Source of the DNA: a virus
Lineage: Duplodnaviria; Caudoviricetes
Length of the DNA stretch: 53,258 bases
IMG/VR virus record: IMGVR_UViG_3300036046_000007
Span: 1-53,258 of that record
Strand: one strand, 5' to 3'
In this document: one piece after another, positions 34,411 through 44,742 of the stretch
How the letters are laid out: every line of letters begins with the position of its first letter
Position numbering within the stretch: the stretch's first letter is position 1
Position numbers and translations under genes: made by a program
Notes under the pieces: model-generated
Told to the model about the DNA's origin: nothing
What the model saw: only the letters and a program-made list of their open reading frames with translations
Databases searched by the model: none

Positions 34411-37400
34411 CTACGAACGAGGCAGCGGCGAAGCAGGTGGGGTGAAGTTGGCGGTATAGACAGCCTCACCCTTGCGGATCCGAACCTCTTGGATGCGTCC
34501 AGCCGGGTTGCGACCAGTATTCTGCGCGTCGCGACCGATGCTGACCCCAGTGTTGCCAATGGTGTGAGTGCCGGTTCGGGTCGTCTCGATCACCTTGGTG
34601 CCGTTCACGAAGAAGCGCACCGTCGAGCCCTCCTGGGTCATGGCCAGATGATACCAAGTGCCGGTGCTCAGTGCGCCGCCACTCGAAGAAGCGTCAATGG
34701 AGCTGGAGCCCCACAACAGAATGCGAGGCACACCGGTATCGAGGTAGATCTGCCAGCCAACCGAGCTGCCGCTGCGCTTGCCGATGACGCCCTTGAGGCC
34801 AGAGCCAACGCTATCGAGGCGGATCCAGCACTCGACCGTCCAATCCTCCCAGATCGGGAGCTCGTGGTCAGTGCGGCTCGTCATGGTGATGTAGTCGCCG
34901 TTGCCATCGAGCAGCAGAGAAGTGGTGTAGCCCAGGGTGGCTGCGCCATTGTCCAGCTTGGCGTTGCCGTTGAACACCAGTGCGGACGCCCCGGCGCTTT
35001 CGTCAGTAGCCGTGGTCGCTTCATCCGCACCATCGAAGCTGATGAGCAGAGAGGTGCGCGCGTCGGGCACCGTGAAGGTGTCAACCAGACCGAATGAGAA
35101 GTCATCCCAGGCCGGGTTGGGGGTAGTGTCGTTGCGGCAGATGAAGCCACCCGCCGTGGCCGTATCAGCGTGCGTGCCGATAGTGCCCTTGCCGAGGATC
35201 TTGCCATCGACGATCAGCTGGTATTCGTCGCCAATCACCTCCAAGCGCGCAATGCTGTCGGTCTTGAAGACCGAAGTCATCTGCCACCGGCCTAGCACAG
35301 TGAAGGTGCCACCCACCCGCTTGTAGACCGCCCATCCGCTGTCAGTATCAGCAAGGCGCGCACCGACGAAGTTGTTACCATCCTGAATGCGGCAGGCAAG
35401 GAACCATTCGGCCTCAGTTGCGCTAGGCCGCTTGGCCTGGACGAAGTGGTCCGGAGAGCCATAGCTAGGGCCAACATAGGCGGTGGCATCGGTACTACTC
35501 GTGAAGTGCAGTGCATTACTGATAATCTGAGCCGCGCCAGCCGTGCCGCCAATGCGGGTCCAATCACTGCTGGCTTCCAGGTTCTCGTTGGCGCGATTGA
35601 AGTCGTCGATGAAGTCCTCCGGGTCACCACCATACTGGAAGGTGTGGCTCGGAGCCTGGTAGGAATACACTCCGTCGCGCTTGGCGTGAACGCGCACAGT
35701 GTAGGTGACGCCGGTCACACTCGGCGTGTAGGAATGGCTCGTGCCGCTGATATCGTCGATTTCATCAACGACGATGCCGCTGACCAGACCCTGCACCCGA
35801 TACACAGTGCCATCCTCTGGGCCGATACCTGCGTCATAGTGATCCGCGAGGGTGCCACCCGTCTGCTGGAGCCGGTCCCGATGCACCCAGGTGAGCGCGA
35901 GCTCCCCGAAATAGTGCTGGTCGGGCTCATAACTCTCGGCGTTGACCTGGAAATCGCCCGGCGCATAGGGCCGATAGGGACGACCAACGATCTCTACCGC
36001 ATCCGCCATGATGGAGGAGAGCGCGACAGTGCCTGAACCAGAGACCGGCTGGAGCTTGACGTTGATCGTTTCGCCCTCGACATATTCAGTAGGGTCGTAG
36101 CCACTGAATTCGTCCCAGAAGAAGATGTCCGCACCAGTCGTATGGAATTCCGGGACAGTGTCGAGCACACCGCGACCAACCGTGATGGTGCCCGCGCCAG
36201 TGTTGATGGCATCAACTCGCATGAGCTCGTCGTCGATCTGACACCAGGTGCCCAGGGTGACCTGGTCGAGATCCGAGCCCGCCGTGTAGGAGAGCACAGT
36301 CTCATGCTTGTCGATGTCTTCGTCGAGCTGCGCATAGGGACAGAAGTCGAAGCCGCCCACGTCAATGTAGGTGCCGTCGCCGTCCGTCCAGATGCGCCCA
36401 TTGATCGCCGAGGAGGGGCGAGGAGCTGCACCCAAGACATAGCCGATGTCGCTCTTGCCAGCCAGGGACGAGTTGACCTGAGCCTCGCCAATGGTCTGCA
36501 CGAGCTCCAGGTAGGGCGCTTCCGTTGCCATGGTGGCGGAGATGGCCGTCGGTGGGCGGCTGGGGTCGACCCACCCACCCCCGCTGGGCTGCACCGTGGA
36601 GACGACCGGAGTGGCGTAGACATCTTGCGTGCAAGTGATGCGGACCTGGTTGGACTTGCCGTCACCGAAGGCGATGCCGGTGACACGCATGATCATCTCA
36701 CCGATCTGCCAGCGATCCCAGCTGAACTTGAACGTGTCACCGATGTTCAAGTCCTTGGCCGTGCTGTCGGCATAGATCGTGCACGACAGGAACGGAGCGG
36801 ACAGCACCCGCAAGTCGCGCTGAGCGGCCAGGGCAGCATTGGCACCATTGGAGAAGCCGGGATACTGAAGCGTGGTGCCGATCACTGCACCCTGCATCTG
36901 GACCAGGGCCGTGTCCTGAACCGAGATGCTGGCGTCCTTGGCCGTATTGCTGTCCCAGTAATTGACAGTCACCGAGTTGACGAGCTCGCCGAAGGTCAGC
37001 TTCGAAGGATTGGTGACCTTAGAGACATTGCTCTCGTCGAGGGTGATCAACGAGCCTTCATCATAGTCCGCGCGGATGAGCTTGAGCACGAACTTGCCGG
37101 TCTTGCGATCAACATAGAGCGCCGCGTCGATATGGCGCACGATCTCTTGAATGAAGGCTTCAATGGTGATCTGGCGATCCCACAGCAGCGACATGCCCAG
37201 GCCCTCATCGTAGAGGGTGTCCGCCGCCGCTTCGAAGCTGGTGCTGTCGATGTCCGCAGAAAGGTAGCCCATGCCCCAATCAGGATCGGTGAGGCACTCC
37301 CGGATCATGTGTGCCGGGTTCATGTCTACCTGCGTCAGATCCTCCAGGTAGAAGTAAGTGTTCTGTCCAGAGACCAAGTCGTCAGTGGCATAGACAGCCA

Positions 37401-38199
37401 GCTCATGCTCGCCCACTTCCAGGTCCACCAGATCGATGGTGAATTCCTGCAGCGTGCTCACCTGGGCGTTGCCTGCGTTCTGGGAGTGAACGAGCTCACC
37501 GTCCAGGAAGATGTAGCAGGCGTTCTCGACGTGGCCATGAAGTGACAAGGTGCCACCCAGGGGCACGGAGATGGTCTTGCGCAGCCACAAGCCGGTGGTG
37601 TGGGGCCACTCGGTGTTGACCGGGTAGGGCGCGCTGAAGCCGGTGCCCTGGCCGAAGGGAGCCGGGCCGGAGTTGTCCCAACCGGAAGAAGGGATGGCAG
37701 GAGGGCTAGAGCTCACCGTCGTGATCTGGTAGTCCCAGGTCGCGTTACGCGCGAGCACACTTGCACCAACGATGGAAGCCTTGCCGCTATACCACTGCGT
37801 CGCGCCGCCCGTCGACTTCATGACGCGGGTGCCCCGGAACGACCACTTCTTGAGATAGGGGTTGTTGCCCAGGTAGCACTTGCGCAGGATTGCGCTGACG
37901 ACGCCTCGGTAGGCAGGCACGGTGCTGCCGAGCACGCTCACCAGGTAGCTGTTCTGGGTCTGGGAAGGCCCGCCCATAGCGATATCGACGGTGCCGCTCA
38001 CACCACCTTCGCGGCTCTCACCACCGAACAGATCTTCAGCGTCCACCGTGATCGAGCCACCAGTGGTCGAGCCCTGCCAAGCCACGCGCTCATCGACGCG
38101 GATGCGGGTGATATTGTCGATGGGGCCATGGCAGAGCACCATGTGCTCGCCGAGGTAGTGCTTGTAGCCTACCGTTACGGCCTTACTCTTGCCGCCCAC
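34411..38199 (-). CDS. tail tip / central fibre protein with C-terminal concanavalin A/LamG-like domains
   Basis: MGGKSK..TVGYKHY, PAYRGV, DMNPAHMIRECLT...WGMG; C-terminal DWTVECWIR...WYHLA...FVNG...IQEVRI...YTANFTPP. Confidence 0.88.
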   Translation of the reverse strand: MGGKSKAVTVGYKHYLGEHMVLCHGPIDNITRIRVDERVAWQGSTTGGSITVDAEDLFGGESREGGVSGTVDIAMGGPSQTQNSYLVSVLGSTVPAYRGVVSAILRKCYLGNNPYLKKWSFRGTRVMKSTGGATQWYSGKASIVGASVLARNATWDYQITTVSSSPPAIPSSGWDNSGPAPFGQGTGFSAPYPVNTEWPHTTGLWLRKTISVPLGGTLSLHGHVENACYIFLDGELVHSQNAGNAQVSTLQEFTIDLVDLEVGEHELAVYATDDLVSGQNTYFYLEDLTQVDMNPAHMIRECLTDPDWGMGYLSADIDSTSFEAAADTLYDEGLGMSLLWDRQITIEAFIQEIVRHIDAALYVDRKTGKFVLKLIRADYDEGSLITLDESNVSKVTNPSKLTFGELVNSVTVNYWDSNTAKDASISVQDTALVQMQGAVIGTTLQYPGFSNGANAALAAQRDLRVLSAPFLSCTIYADSTAKDLNIGDTFKFSWDRWQIGEMIMRVTGIAFGDGKSNQVRITCTQDVYATPVVSTVQPSGGGWVDPSRPPTAISATMATEAPYLELVQTIGEAQVNSSLAGKSDIGYVLGAAPRPSSAINGRIWTDGDGTYIDVGGFDFCPYAQLDEDIDKHETVLSYTAGSDLDQVTLGTWCQIDDELMRVDAINTGAGTITVGRGVLDTVPEFHTTGADIFFWDEFSGYDPTEYVEGETINVKLQPVSGSGTVALSSIMADAVEIVGRPYRPYAPGDFQVNAESYEPDQHYFGELALTWVHRDRLQQTGGTLADHYDAGIGPEDGTVYRVQGLVSGIVVDEIDDISGTSHSYTPSVTGVTYTVRVHAKRDGVYSYQAPSHTFQYGGDPEDFIDDFNRANENLEASSDWTRIGGTAGAAQIISNALHFTSSTDATAYVGPSYGSPDHFVQAKRPSATEAEWFLACRIQDGNNFVGARLADTDSGWAVYKRVGGTFTVLGRWQMTSVFKTDSIARLEVIGDEYQLIVDGKILGKGTIGTHADTATAGGFICRNDTTPNPAWDDFSFGLVDTFTVPDARTSLLISFDGADEATTATDESAGASALVFNGNAKLDNGAATLGYTTSLLLDGNGDYITMTSRTDHELPIWEDWTVECWIRLDSVGSGLKGVIGKRSGSSVGWQIYLDTGVPRILLWGSSSIDASSSGGALSTGTWYHLAMTQEGSTVRFFVNGTKVIETTRTGTHTIGNTGVSIGRDAQNTGRNPAGRIQEVRIRKGEAVYTANFTPPASPLPRS

Positions 38200-38380
38200 G
38201 AGCCACCTCCACTACTTGCAGGGCCATGGCGTCACCGGTCTCGATGAGCCGCTCGGCGGGGATGCCGTTCTTGAGGAAGTCGCTCCAGTCCAGGTTGTGG
38301 CGCTTGAAGAAGCCACGCGCGCCGCCACTGCACATGTGGGCGACACGAATGTCCTTCATGGTGACGATCAGCTCGCTCAC
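38183..38380 (-). CDS. small tail assembly protein
   Basis: CSGGARGFFKRHNLDWSDFLKNGI motif; precedes the tail tip gene. Confidence 0.8.
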   Translation of the reverse strand: MSELIVTMKDIRVAHMCSGGARGFFKRHNLDWSDFLKNGIPAERLIETGDAMALQVVEVARGRQE

Positions 38381-38607
38381 TTCTTGCCGCCCTTCTTCTT
38401 GATCGGCACGAGTTGGATATCTCCATACCAGACCACGTTGGGAGCATTCAGCTCCCTCGTCCCGAACAGCACCGGGATCTCCCGCCCCTCCTCGGCGGTG
38501 GGCACATTGAGCTCGTTCAGACCAGGCGGAGGCGTGCTTTGCGGCTTCGGCATGGTGGCATAAGCCACCACCAAAGCTACCACAAAGACCGCGATGAACC
38601 AGAACAC
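38377..38607 (-). CDS. small tail assembly protein
   Basis: GTG start after GAGGT; PTAEEGREIPVLFGT...PNVVWYGD. Confidence 0.8.
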   Translation of the reverse strand: MFWFIAVFVVALVVAYATMPKPQSTPPPGLNELNVPTAEEGREIPVLFGTRELNAPNVVWYGDIQLVPIKKKGGKK

Positions 38608-38618
38608 GTCGTTATACC

Positions 38619-39398
38619 TCACACAATCGAAGAGCCGCCCATTGGGTTCTTGGACGGGATCCAGTCGAAGCCCCCATAATTGAGCAGATTGTCGAACTTG
38701 GCAATGCACACAGCGCGCGTATGAGCACAGCCGGGGTAGATCGTGACATCGAACGGGAAGCCATCCGCCGCCGCCTGCTGGATCGAATACGGCACCCGCT
38801 GCATCGTCAGCTCCTCACCGGTGTGGGAGATGATCCAGCCCAGAGAGCCGTCAGGCCCGCGCGCCATGCCACCAGAATAGTAGCCGTTGCCCTGGGCGGC
38901 AGCCTCGGTCACGGTCAGCACATTCCCAGCAAGCGCCGTGCAAGAGCCGACCGTGGCGAAGTCCTCCGGATCGAGGTTACAGCCCCGACCATACAGAGCG
39001 TGGCGGCAGCTCTTCTGGAAGCGAGCCCTGAGCCCAGGGCGACGGAGGCTGGTGAAGACGCTCTCGAACACGAGGGTGAGGTTCGCGTCGCCGGGCCGGA
39101 GACTGGCCAAGCGACCCTTCCAGGTGATCTCGACCGTGCTGTCGCGCTTGGTGAATACGTCGAGGCGAACGATCTCCTCAGAGAACGACGAGAGCAGCAG
39201 GATAGCCAGCTCATTGTCCAGCGGCACGCGCACTTCGATGTTCGCCTTGGACAGCTCGTTCTTCTGCTCGAAGCCGCTGCGGCCCACGGCAGCGGGCACA
39301 TAGGTGTCACCGCTGTAGGTCTGCTGTGTGTCGGCGCTGGTGAAATACCAGTCGTTGTCGCCCATCGTGATGTGGTAGAGCTCTACTTGTGTGGTCAC
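38619..39398 (-). CDS. minor tail/hub protein (DUF2163/BR0599-like, Cys cluster)
   Basis: CRHALYGRGC...YPGCAHT...C..KFDN..NYGGF..IP. Confidence 0.85.
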   Translation of the reverse strand: MTTQVELYHITMGDNDWYFTSADTQQTYSGDTYVPAAVGRSGFEQKNELSKANIEVRVPLDNELAILLLSSFSEEIVRLDVFTKRDSTVEITWKGRLASLRPGDANLTLVFESVFTSLRRPGLRARFQKSCRHALYGRGCNLDPEDFATVGSCTALAGNVLTVTEAAAQGNGYYSGGMARGPDGSLGWIISHTGEELTMQRVPYSIQQAAADGFPFDVTIYPGCAHTRAVCIAKFDNLLNYGGFDWIPSKNPMGGSSIV

Positions 39399-40981
39399 GG
39401 TTCAATCTCCAACAGTCGCACTTCGAGCTCGCAGACCCCAGCGCCAGGCCAGTTGAGGTCGACGCTGTCAGTGTTGAGCCGCTTAAGCCCCAGCCAGCAC
39501 ACGCGGATGATGTTGCTCGCGTTGGTGGCCAAGGAGGTGTCCAGGGTCAGCCGTAGCACATTTTCACTCACCAGCTCGGTGCCAGTGATCGCCCTGGGCA
39601 GCCACCCAGCCTTGGTCTGGACAGCGATGTGCGTGCGGTCCCCAGCATAGTTGAGATAGTCGTCCGGCAACACGTCCAGGGTCGTGGTCAACGCCCCGGT
39701 GCTCACCACGCGCAGGTCATCCTCGAAGGAGGGCTGCCAGAAGGGCCGGAGACGCCCAGCGCGGCGGTAGAGCCACTGCCGCAACGCCCAGGCCTCCACA
39801 GGCCCTTCGGCCACTACACGGTGCGTATGGGCGACCTTGGTGTAGAGCCAAGGCGCGTAATAGCTCACGATCCCGAGCTCTTCGTCCTGGAGATCGAAGT
39901 TGCCGACGATGTCGTCGCTCAAGGTGTCACCGCTGAGCAGGGTCTCGTCGTAGTAGATGTCGTTGCTGAGATACTGCGTGGGGGCGCTCACGGTCAAGGC
40001 GACATTGTCCTCGATCTGGAAGCGCACCTCCAGCTCGGAGCGATGGCCGGTCAGCACCTTGCGTGGGTTCTCAGGAATGAAGCCTACCCGCGCAGGCATC
40101 AGCCAGGCATCAGTGAATTCCTCCGTCAGGTTGTAGAAGGTGATGGACGAGCCACTGGTGCCCGCGACCGACAGCAGTTGAAGTTGTGTGGGCGACTGCC
40201 ACAGCAGTGCATAGTCGCCCTCTCGGAATTCTGAATAGTCTGGCTCTGCCGAGATCGTGAATTCTCCGGCGCTTACCGCGCCAATGTGCTGAGCCTGGTG
40301 CCACAGTGGCACAGTCCATTGGCCATGGCGGCGACCATAGATCATGTTGAAGCCCCGGCGCATGTTCTCATTGCCCAGGGGGTAGTTCATGCGGAGGCTC
40401 TGGCGCGCCGAAATGCGCATCTGCGCACGGTCTTCGGTCCCATCCTTGGACGTCTGGATATCCGTGAGCCACGACAACGTCTCGCTCATGGGCGCGCGGG
40501 GTTGGAACGGCATCAGAGTGGGAGCTTCTTCAGCCACAACGCTGATGTAGGTATTGCCGCCCTCTCCGTCGAGCTCATCTGCGCACAGCAGAGCGAGCTC
40601 ATGCACGCCGATAGTAGCCAGGGAAGGCGGCACCGCGATCAGCCATTCCGGCGTCGAGACGAGCTGGTCGTTGTCCGGATTGTAGGAGCCGATGTAGGTG
40701 CCATCGAAGAACACGTAGCAAGCGTTCTCCACCCGGCCACGCAGGATCACCTTGGTCGGCACCGTGAGCTCGAGAGCACGCCGGATCCACAGCGACGTTG
40801 CTGCCGTCCAGTTGGTCTCGATGGCCGCTGCAGCACCCACGGGAGGGGTGCCAGAGCCGAAGGGGGCTGGGGCCGGGCCAAGCCAGTCAGTGGTCGGCAC
40901 CACCAACGAGCTCGGATCTGCCGGTGTCTCGTTGGTGACCTCCTGGTATTCCCAGAGAGCGTTGACCGGAATGAATTCCAT
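39395..40981 (-). CDS. distal tail protein with an N-terminal carbohydrate-binding-like domain
   Basis: Follows the tape measure gene; ETLSWLTD...GTEDR, LYRRAGR..PFW. Confidence 0.75.
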   Translation of the reverse strand: MEFIPVNALWEYQEVTNETPADPSSLVVPTTDWLGPAPAPFGSGTPPVGAAAAIETNWTAATSLWIRRALELTVPTKVILRGRVENACYVFFDGTYIGSYNPDNDQLVSTPEWLIAVPPSLATIGVHELALLCADELDGEGGNTYISVVAEEAPTLMPFQPRAPMSETLSWLTDIQTSKDGTEDRAQMRISARQSLRMNYPLGNENMRRGFNMIYGRRHGQWTVPLWHQAQHIGAVSAGEFTISAEPDYSEFREGDYALLWQSPTQLQLLSVAGTSGSSITFYNLTEEFTDAWLMPARVGFIPENPRKVLTGHRSELEVRFQIEDNVALTVSAPTQYLSNDIYYDETLLSGDTLSDDIVGNFDLQDEELGIVSYYAPWLYTKVAHTHRVVAEGPVEAWALRQWLYRRAGRLRPFWQPSFEDDLRVVSTGALTTTLDVLPDDYLNYAGDRTHIAVQTKAGWLPRAITGTELVSENVLRLTLDTSLATNASNIIRVCWLGLKRLNTDSVDLNWPGAGVCELEVRLLEIEP

Positions 40982-40983
40982 GG

Positions 40984-43977
40984 TCAGCCCCCCTGACTGA
41001 TGGAGCGGACAGCGTCTCCGTTGCGGCGCATGACGTTGATGAGCATCTGCTCGCCTTCAGGCGTTTCCAGGAAGTCACCAACCAGCGCGGGATCGAGCAC
41101 GTTCACGATGCGCGCGTTGAGCTGCGGCGAGCCACCGTCGCCCCCTCCTTCGCCGAACGAGCCGGTGCCCTTGCGGACCTGGTGCGGGGTGCGCACATCA
41201 ATCTGCTCGCCGGGCGAAGCGCGGAAGGCGACCATCTGGCTATCCGGGCCACCCGAGCCGCCAACGCGCATCGAGCCACCGGTCATGAAGTTGGCGTTCT
41301 GGCTCAGGATGCCCGCAACATTGGCAGCCGTCGCCGCGCCGACCGCAGCCGCCGCGATGAAGTTGAACGGAGGCGGGAACGCCGACAGCGCCTTCTGCAC
41401 GGCCAGGTAGCCGTCGATGGTCGCCTGGGTGATAGCTGCCGCCTTACCGATCGCTGCGAGCTCTCGGTTCTTGGACGAGGACAGCTGAGCTAGGGTGCCG
41501 AAGAAGCTCTTCTGCTGCTGCAGCCGGGCCTCCAGCATGGCCACCTCGACGTTGGCAAGCGCCTGGGCGGCGCTCTCCTGGTCGATGAGGTTGGCATCTC
41601 GCATGGCCGAGATCTGGTCGTAGTAGGTCTGGTAGGTCGCGAGGGTCGCGTCCAGCTGAGCGCGCGTGCCTTCGAAGAAGCCCGCCAGGTCACCCCCGGC
41701 CAGACTGTTGAAGGCATCCTCGCTGGTGAAGCCAGAAGTCGGGTCAGCCAGCAGCGCCTGAACGTCGCTCAGGTCATCGTAGAAAGCCTGCCGCGCGCCG
41801 ACCGTGCTTTCCAGCAGGTCGTTCTGGTTGCGGAGGGCCTCGTTCTGGCCCAGGAGGGTGCGTAGGTATTCCTGCTCGACCGGCGTGAGCTCGCGGCCAA
41901 GATCGCGCTCTACGCGCAGCAGACCGGCCCGGATCTCGTGCTCGCGCCCGGTATACTGGAGCAGCATGTTCTCGTCTTCGAGATCCTGCACATAGTCCTT
42001 CAGGTAGCGCTGGTCGCGGGCCACCTGGAGGCTATCGATGCGCGCGTTCACGAGCTCACGTTCCGTGTCTGTGAGACGTCGCTTCATCTCGTCTTCCAGG
42101 CGGTAGAGCATCTCTGCTCGTTCGCGCTCGCGGTTGGACATGCCCAGCAGCTCGATCTCCCGATCGATCTCCAACAGGAAGCGAGCCAGCGCCTCGCGGG
42201 CCTCCTCCTCAGCGTCCTTGAGCTTCTTGGTCTTCTTCTCTGCTTCCTCCAGCTCACGCGGCAGGGCGGTGCCCGCCTGGGTAAGGTCGACCGGCTGCTC
42301 GGCATTGCGGGCTTCAGCAATCTGGCGAGCGCGAGCCATGACCACATCAGCGGCATTGCCGATGTAGTCCGTGGTGAACGCCTGGCCAGCGGCAGCAGCC
42401 AGATCCTCGCCCACTTGGCGACCGGCATCGCTGAGCTGCGCGCGCGGAATATTGATATTGAAGTTGTTCAGGAAACCGTTCAGCGCGGCCCCGGCTTCAT
42501 CATCGATCAGGCTCAAGCCACCCGCAATCAGGCGGAGCGGCACCTGCCAGGCATTGAGCAGCGCCTCGGCAGCGGTCGCGCCCAGGTTCACCACCTTTAC
42601 GAAGATCTGGTCCATGAAGCCGGGGAAGTTGTTCCAGATGATCTGGATGGCGCGCCCCGCGAAGGCAAACAGGCCGATGAAGTTGTTCGCGAACGCCTTG
42701 GCGAACGCCAGCACCGCGCCCAGCACCGTCTCGAAGGTCGTGCCAAGAGCTCGCAGCACTGCGTCAACCGCCTCGAAGGTGGCTTCCCAAGCCGCCTGGA
42801 AATAGGCCGTCACCTGGGAGAGGCTCTCTCCGATGAGCTGGAAGGTCGCCACGAATACGTCTTGGAGCGACACCACCCCATCCTCGGTGACCTTGATCTC
42901 GTCGCCGAAGGTATAGAGCAGCGCGATGGTGGCCGTGATGGCAACCAGAAGAGCGCCCAGGGGGTTGGCGGCGATCGCGACGGTGAAGCTGTTGACCGCC
43001 GCCTGAGCACCCTTCATCGAGATGCCGAACAGGGCTGCGGCGAGCGACGATGCGCCGAGAGCGCGCTCCAGGGCGATCAGCGGGCCGAGCACCGCCGCAA
43101 TAGACGAGCCAATCGTCCAGGCAGCGAACGCTGCCCCGGTGGCGACCACCAAGGGGATGATGTTGTCAAGGTTTTCACCAATCCACAGGATGCCCTGGGC
43201 CACCGTCTGGGCCAAGGCAGAGGTCGTGATGAATTCGCCCCACAGCTCCATGAAGCGGTTCTTGAGAACAGTCAAAGATTGCTCGATCGTCGGCGTGGTC
43301 TGGGCGAACAGCTCAGCGAGCTCGCCGCGCGCACCCTTGAAGGCGTCGAGAACGATCTCGGCAGTGACTGCGCCTTCCTTGGCCAGGGTGCGCAGCTCGC
43401 CGCGCGTGACAGTGCCGAAGCGGCCCAAGGAGGTCATGTAGTCGGCGATCACGTCTGCCACCAGAGGCAGCTGCTCCAAGACCGAACGCAGCTCGTCGCC
43501 TTGCAGCGTGCCAGAGGCCAAGCCCTGGGACAGCTGAATGAGCGCGCCCTCGGCTTCGCGAGCGGACGCACCAGACAGGATCACGGCCTGGTTGAGGCTC
43601 TCGGAGAAGTCCAGCAGCTCACGTTGAGAGCGGCCCAGGTTGGCCGCTGCCAGAGCAACGCGCGAGTAGATCGAGGCGGTAGCCTCGAACGACGAGCGGG
43701 TCTCATTGGAGATACGGAAGAGCTCCTCGGTCACCGCGCGCAGCTCTGCTGAGCCATTGGTGACGACCTTCAGTCGGTTCTGGATATTCGTGTAGGTGTC
43801 CGCCAGCAGCGTGAGCTCACGCACCAGCAGACCAACGCCGATACCGCCGAGGGCGCGCTTGAGGAGCGTCACCGCGCCCCCGGCGGACGACGCGCTCGAC
43901 CCGATGTCTTCGAGGTTACGGCGAACCTCGCGGGCTCCGCGCTCCGTTACTACAATCTGGATCCGCTCAGTCGCCAT
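40984..43977 (-). CDS. tape measure protein
   Basis: 997 aa, Ala-rich helical; ADTYTNIQNRL...QLSQGLASGTLQGDELRSVLEQLP tape-measure domain. Confidence 0.95.
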   Translation of the reverse strand: MATERIQIVVTERGAREVRRNLEDIGSSASSAGGAVTLLKRALGGIGVGLLVRELTLLADTYTNIQNRLKVVTNGSAELRAVTEELFRISNETRSSFEATASIYSRVALAAANLGRSQRELLDFSESLNQAVILSGASAREAEGALIQLSQGLASGTLQGDELRSVLEQLPLVADVIADYMTSLGRFGTVTRGELRTLAKEGAVTAEIVLDAFKGARGELAELFAQTTPTIEQSLTVLKNRFMELWGEFITTSALAQTVAQGILWIGENLDNIIPLVVATGAAFAAWTIGSSIAAVLGPLIALERALGASSLAAALFGISMKGAQAAVNSFTVAIAANPLGALLVAITATIALLYTFGDEIKVTEDGVVSLQDVFVATFQLIGESLSQVTAYFQAAWEATFEAVDAVLRALGTTFETVLGAVLAFAKAFANNFIGLFAFAGRAIQIIWNNFPGFMDQIFVKVVNLGATAAEALLNAWQVPLRLIAGGLSLIDDEAGAALNGFLNNFNINIPRAQLSDAGRQVGEDLAAAAGQAFTTDYIGNAADVVMARARQIAEARNAEQPVDLTQAGTALPRELEEAEKKTKKLKDAEEEAREALARFLLEIDREIELLGMSNRERERAEMLYRLEDEMKRRLTDTERELVNARIDSLQVARDQRYLKDYVQDLEDENMLLQYTGREHEIRAGLLRVERDLGRELTPVEQEYLRTLLGQNEALRNQNDLLESTVGARQAFYDDLSDVQALLADPTSGFTSEDAFNSLAGGDLAGFFEGTRAQLDATLATYQTYYDQISAMRDANLIDQESAAQALANVEVAMLEARLQQQKSFFGTLAQLSSSKNRELAAIGKAAAITQATIDGYLAVQKALSAFPPPFNFIAAAAVGAATAANVAGILSQNANFMTGGSMRVGGSGGPDSQMVAFRASPGEQIDVRTPHQVRKGTGSFGEGGGDGGSPQLNARIVNVLDPALVGDFLETPEGEQMLINVMRRNGDAVRSISQGG

Positions 43978-44407
43978 CGAGCACTCGTGCCCCTCTTACT
44001 GCTGCTGCCGCTCGGGTGACCGCTGCCTGGACGAAACCAGACGGGGCCTGAGCGGAAGAGCCGTCATTCAAGCGACCAATATAGTCCACATTGTTTGAGA
44101 TGTATATATCTTGTCCAGGCTTGGACAGAGCAATTCGAACAGTGCCCTGCTCGATTGCCGCCTGGGCGTTGCGGCGCTCACCCTTGCCCAGCTTTTCGCC
44201 GGGTGCATAGGGCTCGCGCGCGTCCAGGACCGGAGCGCCTAGGGAGACGATCCAGTTGGAACGCGCACGGCCCGTATCGACCGGCGTTTCGAGCACGAGC
44301 TCGCGGTCCGCGATGAGGGCGACTTGGCGCTTGGCCTTGTTCGCCCCATCCTCGACCTGTCGCCCGCGACGGCGCATGCGCGCAGAGAAGCCGTTCAGGT
44401 CCGTCAC
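43967..44407 (-). CDS. tail completion/neck protein (HK97 gp10-like)
   Basis: TPVDTGRARSNW...YISNNVDYIGRLNDGSSAQAPSGFV. Confidence 0.85.
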   Translation of the reverse strand: MTDLNGFSARMRRRGRQVEDGANKAKRQVALIADRELVLETPVDTGRARSNWIVSLGAPVLDAREPYAPGEKLGKGERRNAQAAIEQGTVRIALSKPGQDIYISNNVDYIGRLNDGSSAQAPSGFVQAAVTRAAAAVRGARVLDGD

Positions 44408-44742
44408 TTCTTGGGCCTCTTCGAAGCGCGAAACTGGAGGTAGCAGTTATCCAGCTGCCGGACCAGATAGTGCATGTCCTCGCGCTCCTCCTCATTGAGT
44501 TGAAGCGACCCGCACCATTGCTCGATCGCTCCCCATGGGATCGGCCCTTCAGCCATCCCAAAGGGCCTGCTCGCGTCGAGCTCGTAGAAGGCCCGGAGGT
44601 AGAGATCAAGTCCTGGCCCAAGGACAGGCGCGTTCTGGATCCGCTCGGGAAAGGGCAGGCCACGCCTGATGCAGTCCCGAATAATCCTTTGCTCTACCGG
44701 GCCTTGCTCCAGCTCGTAGAGCAGGACCTCTCTCAGTTTCCC
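44404..44742 (-). CDS. tail assembly chaperone -1 frameshift extension (lambda gpT-like)
   Basis: Start-less frame KLREVLLYELEQG...AFYELDASRPFGMAEGPIPW...RPKK entered through slippery G GGA AAC at 44736-44742. Confidence 0.82.
   Translation of the reverse strand, partial: GKLREVLLYELEQGPVEQRIIRDCIRRGLPFPERIQNAPVLGPGLDLYLRAFYELDASRPFGMAEGPIPWGAIEQWCGSLQLNEEEREDMHYLVRQLDNCYLQFRASKRPKK

Noticed and set aside
34411-38199. Diversity-generating retroelement acting on the tail tip
   Set aside because: No reverse transcriptase and no template/variable repeat pair were seen in the window.
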